From Formosa sp. Hel1_33_131 (lineage in GTDB: Bacteria; Bacteroidota; Bacteroidia; Flavobacteriales; Flavobacteriaceae), in contig NZ_CP017260.1 of the NCBI RefSeq assembly GCF_001735745.1, positions 2,190,001-2,222,000 on the forward strand: a stretch of DNA of 32,000 nucleotides, given 5' to 3'. The notes beneath the pieces were generated by a model. It was not told the origin of the DNA. It ran no database searches and saw nothing but the letters and a program-made list of their open reading frames with translations. Below are positions 26,301 to 32,000 of this stretch, piece by piece. The first letter of the stretch is position 1. Every line of letters starts with the position of its first letter. A program made the position numbers and the translations under genes.

Positions 26301-27614
26301 ATTAAATTAGTTGACAAGAAAACTGGGATTGTTTTAAGTACAAACAACATTCCTTATGGTTCGTCAATTTTTGTTAAAAGTGGAGACAAGATTAAAAAGG
26401 ACACAGTGATTTGTCAATGGGATCCATATAACGGAGTTATTATTTCTGAATTCTCAGGAAAAGTACGTTATGAAAACATTGAGCAAGGTGTTACCTATCA
26501 AGTTGAAATTGATGAGCAAACAGGATTCCAAGAAAAAGTTATTTCTGAATCTAGAAACAAAAAATTAATTCCAACCTTACTCGTAGAAGATGCTAAAGGA
26601 AATCTTATAAGATCTTATAACTTACCATTAGGGGCCCACATTATGGTCGATGACGGTGAGAAGATTAGCTTAGGAAAAATTTTAGTTAAAATTCCACGTA
26701 AGTCTGCTAAGGCAGGGGATATTACAGGAGGTCTTCCTCGTGTAACCGAGCTTTTCGAAGCACGTAACCCTTCCAACCCAGCAGTTGTAAGTGAAATTGA
26801 TGGTGTTGTTTCTTTTGGTAAAATAAAAAGAGGGAATCGTGAGATTATCATCGAATCTAAATTAGGGGATATTAAAAAATACCTTGTTAAATTATCCAAT
26901 CAAATCTTAGTACAAGAGAATGATTTTGTAAAAGCAGGGATGCCATTATCAGATGGTTCAATTACACCTAACGATATCTTAAACATCAAAGGCCCATCGG
27001 CTGTTCAACAATACTTAGTAAATGAAGTTCAAGAAGTTTACCGATTACAAGGGGTGAAAATTAACGACAAGCATTTCGAGGTAGTGGTAAGACAAATGAT
27101 GCGTAAGGTACGTATTAAAGATTCTGGAGATACCATCTTCTTAGAAGATCAATTGGTTCATACTTCTGATTTTATTAAAGAAAACGATGAGATTTTCGGT
27201 AAGAAAGTGATTGAAAACGCAGGTGATTCTGAAAACCTTAAGGAAGGTCAAATCATTACAGCCCGTGTCTTAAGAGATGAAAATTCTTTACTGAAACGTG
27301 AAGATAAGGCAGTCGTTGTTGCAAGAGATGCAAGTCCAGCAACCGCAACTCCAATCTTACAAGGAATCACAAGAGCTTCTTTACAGACCAAATCGTTTAT
27401 CTCTGCGGCATCGTTCCAAGAAACTACTAAAGTTCTTAACGAAGCAGCTGTGAATGGTAAAGTGGATACTTTAGAAGGCTTAAAAGAAAATGTAATTGTT
27501 GGACATAGAATTCCAGCAGGTACAGGATTGAGAGCTTATGAAAATATCATTGTAGGTTCTAGTGAAGAATTCGAAGAATTGATAGAAAAGAAAGAAGAAT
27601 TAAACTTTAATTAA
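23313..27614 (+). CDS. rpoC: DNA-directed RNA polymerase subunit beta'
   Basis: 1433 aa with a zinc-finger region ([23 protein letters not shown]) and the catalytic [12 protein letters not shown] motif. Confidence 0.98.
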   Translation: MAKKQDNITVQRFNKISIGLASPESILGASRGEVLKPETINYRTHKPERDGLFCERIFGPVKDYECACGKYKRIRYKGIICDRCGVEVTEKKVRRDRVGHINLVVPVAHIWYFRSLPNKIGYLLGLPSKQLDMIIYYERYVVIQPGNAVNAEGEPVKKMDFLTEEEYLNILEVQPQENQYLDDTDPTKFIAKMGAECLIDLLSRIDLDTLSFELRHKANTETSKQRKTEALKRLQVVESLRESNLNRENKPEWMIMKAIPVIPPELRPLVPLDGGRFATSDLNDLYRRVIIRNNRLKRLVEIKAPEVILRNEKRMLQESVDSLFDNTRKSSAVKTDSNRPLKSLSDSLKGKQGRFRQNLLGKRVDYSARSVIVVGPELKLFECGLPKNMAAELYKPFVIRKLIERGIVKTVKSAKKIIDKREPVVWDILENVLKGHPVLLNRAPTLHRLGIQAFQPKLIEGKAIQLHPLVCTAFNADFDGDQMAVHLPLGPEAILEAQLLMLASHNILNPANGAPVTVPSQDMVLGLYYMTKLRMSTPEVPVLGQGLTFYSPEEVIIAYNEKRVDLNAQIRVRTIDFNEEGELTTQIIETTTGRVLFNEKVPAAAGYINEVLTKKSLRDIIHDILKATSVPETAAFLDEIKSLGYNFAFKGGLSFSLGDIIIPPEKHTMIAAANKQVDGIMANYNMGLITNNERYNQVIDIWTSTNAELTELSMKRIREDQQGFNSVYMMLDSGARGSKEQIRQLTGMRGLMAKPKKSNAGGGEIIENPILSNFKEGLSILEYFISTHGARKGLADTALKTADAGYLTRRLVDVSQDVIVNSVDCGTLRGISVKALKKNEEIVETLEERIVGRTSLNDVYDPLTEEILVAAGDHIYEAQAKKIQQSPLEAVDVRSPLTCEAKTGICAKCYGRNLATGKMVQRGEAVGVVAAQSIGEPGTQLTLRTFHVGGIAGNISEENKLIVKFDGIAEIEDLKTVKGKDKDGNVIDIVISRTSEIKLVDKKTGIVLSTNNIPYGSSIFVKSGDKIKKDTVICQWDPYNGVIISEFSGKVRYENIEQGVTYQVEIDEQTGFQEKVISESRNKKLIPTLLVEDAKGNLIRSYNLPLGAHIMVDDGEKISLGKILVKIPRKSAKAGDITGGLPRVTELFEARNPSNPAVVSEIDGVVSFGKIKRGNREIIIESKLGDIKKYLVKLSNQILVQENDFVKAGMPLSDGSITPNDILNIKGPSAVQQYLVNEVQEVYRLQGVKINDKHFEVVVRQMMRKVRIKDSGDTIFLEDQLVHTSDFIKENDEIFGKKVIENAGDSENLKEGQIITARVLRDENSLLKREDKAVVVARDASPATATPILQGITRASLQTKSFISAASFQETTKVLNEAAVNGKVDTLEGLKENVIVGHRIPAGTGLRAYENIIVGSSEEFEELIEKKEELNFN

Positions 27615-27619
27615 GCCCT

Positions 27620-27937
27620 ATGAACACTCCAAAAGACCCTTCGAAAAAAGGACAGATTAATATTGAGTTAGACGATACGGTAGCGGAAGGTACCTATTCA
27701 AACCTAGCGATTATCAACCATTCTGTTTCTGAATTTGTAGTGGATTTTGTGAGCATCATGCCTGGGACGCCAAAAAGCAAAGTGAAGTCACGTATTATAC
27801 TGACGCCTCAACATGCAAAGCGTCTTGCAAAAGCCTTACATGAAAATGTAAAACGGTTTGAGCAAGCGCATGGCGAAATTAAAGATTATGAGCAACCTCC
27901 AGTCCCGCTTAATTTTGGGCCAACCGGACAAGCTTAG
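27620..27937 (+). CDS. DUF3467-family protein
   Basis: 105 aa in the position immediately after rpoC that is conserved in Bacteroidota. YSNLAIINHSVSEFVVDFVSIMPG resembles the DUF3467 core. Assignment is from memory. Confidence 0.6.
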   Translation: MNTPKDPSKKGQINIELDDTVAEGTYSNLAIINHSVSEFVVDFVSIMPGTPKSKVKSRIILTPQHAKRLAKALHENVKRFEQAHGEIKDYEQPPVPLNFGPTGQA

Positions 27938-27951
27938 TTCTTATTACATAT

Positions 27952-27986
27952 AAAAAAATCTCACTGAAAAGTGAGATTTTTTTTTG
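27952..27986 (+). terminator. Rho-independent terminator ending the rpoBC-DUF3467 operon
   Basis: Stem ATCTCAC (27958-27964) / GTGAGAT (27971-27977), flanked by an A-run and a 9-T run. Confidence 0.8.
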
Positions 27987-28122
27987 ACTTATAGTTTCCC
28001 TAAATCTTGTTGCGAATGGGGACTAATACGCAACATAGTTCTGTAGCTAGCAAAGTCTAAAGTTCACCCCATTCTTTTTTATTAACAAGATAATAGTTAT
28101 TTTCTAAAATGTAAATCTAAAG

Positions 28123-28144
28123 GCAAAGTCTCCTGATTTTGAGC
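28123..28144 (+). repeat. Solo copy of the MITE-like repeat end
   Basis: GCAAAGTCTCCTGATTTTGAGC matches the reverse complement of 2339-2360 (GCAAAGTCTCCCGACTTTGAGC) at 20 of 22 positions. The 9-mer GCAAAGTCT also occurs at 28050-28058. Confidence 0.6.
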
Positions 28145-28157
28145 GATCTTTTTTTAA

Positions 28158-28424
28158 TACTCCGCTAAGTCGTTTATCAAGAGGTCTCCTTTGTATTGGT
28201 TCGATCAATTAAATGAACCCATGCTTGTTATTCACGGTTCAGATGATAAAAAAGTAAATATAGAACATTCCAAAAGGTTGATGGACAGCTTAGAAAAGTC
28301 ACCAAATAAAATAACGCCTTTTTTTGTAGAAGGAGGGAATCATTCCCTGTCGAATTATACCCAAATAAGAAATGACACCATCGCCAACTGGTTTCATTAT
28401 TATTTGAAAAGCAACAAAAATTGA
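28158..28424 (+). pseudogene. C-terminal fragment of an alpha/beta-hydrolase (S9 peptidase / dienelactone-hydrolase-like)
   Basis: The frame opens at 28158 after a TAA. ..SPLYWFDQLNEPMLVIHGSDDKKVNIEHSKRLMDSLEKSPNKITPFFVEGGNHSLSN carries the Asp and His parts of the catalytic triad. The nucleophile elbow and everything N-terminal to it are absent. Confidence 0.6.
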
Positions 28425-28440
28425 AGCTGTTTGAAATTAA

Positions 28441-28474
28441 AAAAAAACTTGTCATTCTGAATTTATTTCAGAAT
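28441..28474 (-). terminator. Probable terminator of prfC (minus strand)
   Basis: Perfect hairpin ATTCTGAA (28454-28461) / TTCAGAAT (28467-28474) with a 5-nt loop. On the minus strand it is followed by GACAAG and then a 9-T run (28440-28448). Confidence 0.6.
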
Positions 28475-28558
28475 CTTAAAGTATTAAAATCAATAATATA
28501 GAGAAGCTGAAACGAGTTCAACTTGACAAGAAAAGAATTTTTGAGACTGGCTTTCCCC

Positions 28559-30145
28559 CTAAAACTCAGACGTCAAATGGAATTTTATAGAAGGATATTT
28601 TTGTTCGGTCATTTGTAGCGAAAAGATTGAATCCGCAAAGAACACCAATTGCCCGTGTTTGTCAGTCGCTAAAAAGCGTTGCTTGACACGTTTAAATTCT
28701 ACAAATTCTGGATGGTTCACACTCTCAGGTTCAATCCAACACGCTTTGTGTACATTCAAGTTTTCATAACTACACTTCGCACCATATTCATGCTCCAAAC
28801 GGTATTGAATCACCTCATACTGGAGCGCACCCACAGTTCCAATCACCTTTCGACCATTCAAATCTAAGGTAAAAAGCTGAGCAACTCCTTCGTCCATCAA
28901 CTGATCAATTCCTTTATACAACTGTTTAGACTTTAAAGGATCCGCATTGTTGATGTAGCGGAAATGCTCTGGTGAAAAACTAGGAACTCCTTTGTAGTTC
29001 AAAAATTCGCCTTCTGTCAGCGTATCCCCAATTTTGAAATTCCCCGTATCGTGCAAGCCAACAATATCCCCCGGATAGGAAATATCTACAATCTCTTTCT
29101 TTTCAGCAAAAAAGGCATTTGGACTCGAGAATTTTAATTTTTTATTATGACGTACATGAAGGTATGGTGTATTGCGCTTAAATTCTCCAGAAACAATTTT
29201 AATAAACGCTAAGCGATCTCGATGGTTAGGATCCATATTGGCATGTATTTTAAATACAAAGCCCGTAAATTTCTCCTCCTTAGGATCGACCAGTCGTTCT
29301 TCACTGTGTTTTGGACGGGGTTCTGGAGCGATGGATACAAAACAATCCAACAACTCACGAACTCCAAAATTATTCAATGCCGAACCAAAAAACACCGGTT
29401 GTAAATCGCCATTCAAATAATCCTCTTTATTAAAATCTGGATAAATACCTTCCACCAATTCCAACTCCTCCCGAAGGGTTTCTGCGGCGGTATCTCCAAT
29501 AATCGTATTTAAAGCAGGATCAGAGACATCAGAAATTTTAATTGTTTCTTCAATATCCCGTTTACTATCTCCCGTAAATAAATTGATGTTTTTTTCCCAA
29601 ATATTATAAATACCTTTAAAATCATACCCCATCCCAATAGGGAAACTTAGGGGCACCACTTTAAGGCCTAATTTTTGTTCAATCTCATCTAATAAATCAA
29701 ACGCATCTTTTCCTTCACGGTCCATTTTATTGATAAAAACGATGATGGGAATGTTCCGCATTCGACACACTTTCACTAATTTTTCGGTTTGTTCCTCAAC
29801 TCCCTTGGCAACATCAATTACTACAATCACACTGTCCACAGCGGTCAGGGTTCTAAACGTATCTTCTGCAAAATCCTTGTGACCAGGCGTGTCCAAAATA
29901 TTAATTTTGATGCCATTGTATTCAAATGCCAAAACAGAAGTTGCCACCGAAATTCCACGCTGGCGTTCAATTTCCATAAAGTCACTCGTAGCGCCTTTTT
30001 TAATTTTGTTGCTCTTAACGGCACCCGCTTCTTGAATCGCCCCTCCAAAAAGAAGTAGTTTTTCAGTCAGGGTTGTTTTTCCCGCATCGGGATGCGAGAC
30101 AATACCAAAAGTACGGCGGCGTTCAATTTCACTTAAAAAAGACAT
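28559..30145 (-). CDS. prfC: Peptide chain release factor 3
   Basis: 528 aa with a GTPase domain ([27 protein letters not shown]) and RF3-like sequence over the full length. Confidence 0.95.
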   Translation of the reverse strand: MSFLSEIERRRTFGIVSHPDAGKTTLTEKLLLFGGAIQEAGAVKSNKIKKGATSDFMEIERQRGISVATSVLAFEYNGIKINILDTPGHKDFAEDTFRTLTAVDSVIVVIDVAKGVEEQTEKLVKVCRMRNIPIIVFINKMDREGKDAFDLLDEIEQKLGLKVVPLSFPIGMGYDFKGIYNIWEKNINLFTGDSKRDIEETIKISDVSDPALNTIIGDTAAETLREELELVEGIYPDFNKEDYLNGDLQPVFFGSALNNFGVRELLDCFVSIAPEPRPKHSEERLVDPKEEKFTGFVFKIHANMDPNHRDRLAFIKIVSGEFKRNTPYLHVRHNKKLKFSSPNAFFAEKKEIVDISYPGDIVGLHDTGNFKIGDTLTEGEFLNYKGVPSFSPEHFRYINNADPLKSKQLYKGIDQLMDEGVAQLFTLDLNGRKVIGTVGALQYEVIQYRLEHEYGAKCSYENLNVHKACWIEPESVNHPEFVEFKRVKQRFLATDKHGQLVFFADSIFSLQMTEQKYPSIKFHLTSEF

Positions 30146-30290
30146 AAAAAGATAATTTTGGCAAAGATACCATTATTCCCTAAAAAATAGAGTAGGGCAC
30201 TCTAAAGATATAAGGAGCTCCCATAAAAATTCTACAGCATAAAAAAAGGCACAAAATGAATTATACCCTTTTAATGGAATCTTTTTAAAA

Positions 30291-30650
30291 TTAAACGCCT
30301 AACACAATAGAAGCCTCTATCCCTAATTTTTTACTGATGGTTCTAGCGACTTTCAAAGTAGGCTCACTTTTTCCTGTCAGATATTCACTGACTCTTGAGG
30401 TACTGACTCCTAAAAGTTCTGATAACAATTTTTGATTTAAACCTCTTTCGGTCATTCGTAATTTGACGACTTCTGTAAGCGACGGTTTTTTTACGGGATA
30501 ATTCTCTTCTTCGTAGGCAGCAACAAGGTCGGACAATAAATTAAGTTCTAAATATCCTTTAGCATTTTGATTTTCGATGTTGTCAGAAACCAGTAATAGC
30601 TCTTCTACACGCTCTAAAATGGCTTTATATTGTGGTTCAGTATGTATCAT
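30291..30650 (-). CDS. higA: HigA-type antitoxin (XRE helix-turn-helix)
   Basis: 119 aa with a C-terminal HTH (GLNQKLLSELLGVSTSRVSEYLTGKSEPTLKVARTISKKLG). It starts 2 nt after the stop of the upstream HigB-like gene. Confidence 0.7.
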   Translation of the reverse strand: MIHTEPQYKAILERVEELLLVSDNIENQNAKGYLELNLLSDLVAAYEEENYPVKKPSLTEVVKLRMTERGLNQKLLSELLGVSTSRVSEYLTGKSEPTLKVARTISKKLGIEASIVLGV

Positions 30651-30652
30651 CT

Positions 30653-30949
30653 TTATATAGTTTTAATATCCTTAATTTTATCATTTGCTGCGTGTGTACC
30701 AATAAAACGGATATACACCTTTTGAGCATTAAATGATATGATTGCAATTAACCTATAAGCGTTTCCTTTAACGTTAAACACATATCTATGATTTCCTACA
30801 TAATCTACGCTATTAAAGTCATTCTTAATATCTGTAAGATTTTGCCAAGATTTTGCTGTTATTGTATGATACCAAACATTTAAAGGTGCTTGTGTATCTG
30901 GATGTTTTGTCGCAAATTCTTGGATTCGTTTGTAGGTCACAATACGCAT
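30653..30949 (-). CDS. higB: HigB-type toxin (RelE superfamily mRNA interferase)
   Basis: MRIVTYKRIQEFATKHPDTQAPLNVWYHTITAKSWQNLTDIKNDFNSVDYVGNHRYVFNVKGNAYRLIAIISFNAQKVYIRFIGTHAANDK matches the HigB_toxin pattern. The ATG at 30949 is preferred over the one at 30973, because a -7 box overlaps the longer start. Confidence 0.7.
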   Translation of the reverse strand: MRIVTYKRIQEFATKHPDTQAPLNVWYHTITAKSWQNLTDIKNDFNSVDYVGNHRYVFNVKGNAYRLIAIISFNAQKVYIRFIGTHAANDKIKDIKTI

Positions 30950-30970
30950 GAGCTCCTTTTTTAAACAATA

Positions 30971-30978
30971 CAAAGATA
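30971..30978 (-). promoter_or_regulatory. Putative -7 box (TAnnTTTG) of the higBA operon
   Basis: The minus strand reads TATCTTTG (plus strand CAAAGATA, 30971-30978), 21 nt upstream of the ATG at 30949. Confidence 0.4.
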
Positions 30979-31060
30979 GTATTAAATTTTGTTTTTCAAA
31001 ATAATATCACAAAAAACAAAATAATTTTACACAAAAAACAGATACTTAATCAGGCTGTAC

Positions 31061-31975
31061 CTAAACCGTTAACGTATCACTTTCACTCCCTTTAAGCGTT
31101 TTAGCATCAAAATAAAAATCTATTTTCCCGAGGTAGAGTCCATAACATCCCACTTGATTGACAAGCACAGATTTCCCAACCGCATTGGTTTCTACAGTGG
31201 GTTTGTCTAAAAAAGTATGGGTGTGACCACCAATAATCAAATCGATGTCTTGAGTTGCTTTGGCCAATTTTATATCCGATATTTTAGAAGGTGATTTTTT
31301 ATATTCGTAACCAAGGTGCGACAGGCAAATGATTAAATCACAAGCTTCCTCAGTCTTTAAAATACGGCTCATATCTTGAGCAATTTCAATCGGGTCTAAA
31401 TAGTTAGTTTCTTTATAAGCTTCTTTATTGACCAGTCCATCAAGTTCAATCCCCAATCCAAAAACGCCAATTTTAATTCCATCTTTTACAAACGTTTTAT
31501 AAGGTTTGACATGCGTATCCATCACCGTATTTGAGAAATCGTAATTCGCAGAAATGAAATCAAATTTTGCGTGTGGAAGTTGTGCGTAAAGCCCGTTAAT
31601 TCCATTGTCAAAATCATGATTACCGATGGTTGCAACATCGTACTTTAACATACTCATCAGTTTGAATTCGAGTTCGCCTCCATAAAAGTTAAAATAGGGA
31701 GTCCCTTGAAAAATATCTCCAGCATCCAAAAGTAAGGTATTTGGATTTTCGTTTCTTAAGTTTTCCACAAGCGTTGCACGTCGAGCAACGCCCCCTTTGT
31801 TCGCGTTTCGTCCGTCGTTGGGACCAAAAGCCTCAATATGACTGTGCACATCATTCGTGTGAAGAATGGTGATTTTGGTCGCTTTCGCTTCTGAACAAGA
31901 TGCCAATCCCAAACCACTTAAAGATATAAATGCTGTGGAAGCAGCTGTTTTTTGAATAAAATTTCTACGTTTCAT
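31061..31975 (-). CDS. Metallophosphatase of the 5'-nucleotidase/UshA N-terminal type; predicted Tat-exported lipoprotein
   Basis: 304 aa. MKRRNFIQKTAASTAFISLSGLGLASC combines a twin-Arg-like signal with a lipobox Cys. Calcineurin-like motifs are present: DVHSH, GDIFQG, GNHDFD and GGHTH. Confidence 0.85.
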   Translation of the reverse strand: MKRRNFIQKTAASTAFISLSGLGLASCSEAKATKITILHTNDVHSHIEAFGPNDGRNANKGGVARRATLVENLRNENPNTLLLDAGDIFQGTPYFNFYGGELEFKLMSMLKYDVATIGNHDFDNGINGLYAQLPHAKFDFISANYDFSNTVMDTHVKPYKTFVKDGIKIGVFGLGIELDGLVNKEAYKETNYLDPIEIAQDMSRILKTEEACDLIICLSHLGYEYKKSPSKISDIKLAKATQDIDLIIGGHTHTFLDKPTVETNAVGKSVLVNQVGCYGLYLGKIDFYFDAKTLKGSESDTLTV

Positions 31976-32000
31976 GCGTCTATAGTTATTTGTTTTTTAA

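Noticed and set aside
30950-30973. Longer HigB start (MYCLKKEL... at 30973)
   Set aside because: A TAnnTTTG -7 box (30971-30978, minus strand) overlaps this codon. The transcript probably starts downstream of it, and family members begin at MRIV-type sequences.

Overview
This window reads as a Bacteroidota (Flavobacteriia-type) chromosome. The inference rests on gene order, on TTG / TAnnTTTG promoter boxes before many genes, and on DUF2851 and DUF3467 genes. The core, about 11.6-28 kb, is the conserved translation/transcription cluster: rpsU, a XerC/D-like tyrosine recombinase, hpf, tRNA-Thr/Tyr/Gly/Thr, tuf, tRNA-Trp, secE, nusG, rplK-rplA-rplJ-rplL, rpoB, rpoC and DUF3467. Housekeeping genes flank it: an FtsX/LolE permease, a PLP-dependent cysteine synthase/CBS-family enzyme, DUF2851, PspC, an RCK K+ channel, an AGCS symporter, a ComEA-like protein, an acyl-CoA dehydrogenase, prfC and a 5'-nucleotidase-type metallophosphatase. 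There are also small accessory islets. One holds an HMA-like-domain CDF metal exporter. Four are type II toxin-antitoxin loci: two look intact, one is a deletion remnant, and one has its toxin frameshifted in an A8 run and is missing from the ORF track. The most unusual structure is non-coding. The tuf to tRNA-Trp spacer holds five near-identical head-to-tail 106-bp units. Each starts with the exact first 21 nt of tRNA-Trp, carries a perfect 7-bp-stem hairpin where the D-stem 3' strand and anticodon stem should be, and then shows colinear but decayed tRNA-Trp homology. The sixth repeat start is the real tRNA-Trp gene. Other non-coding signals are an 18-bp duplication of the tRNA-Thr 3' end 110 bp downstream (att-like scar) and a 123-bp MITE-like element with perfect 18-bp terminal inverted repeats. 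A third copy of that repeat end lies next to a truncated alpha/beta-hydrolase gene. I found no CRISPR array, rRNA, transposase or recognisable multi-gene defence system. All calls rest on reading the sequence and the supplied ORF translations; no database search was run.
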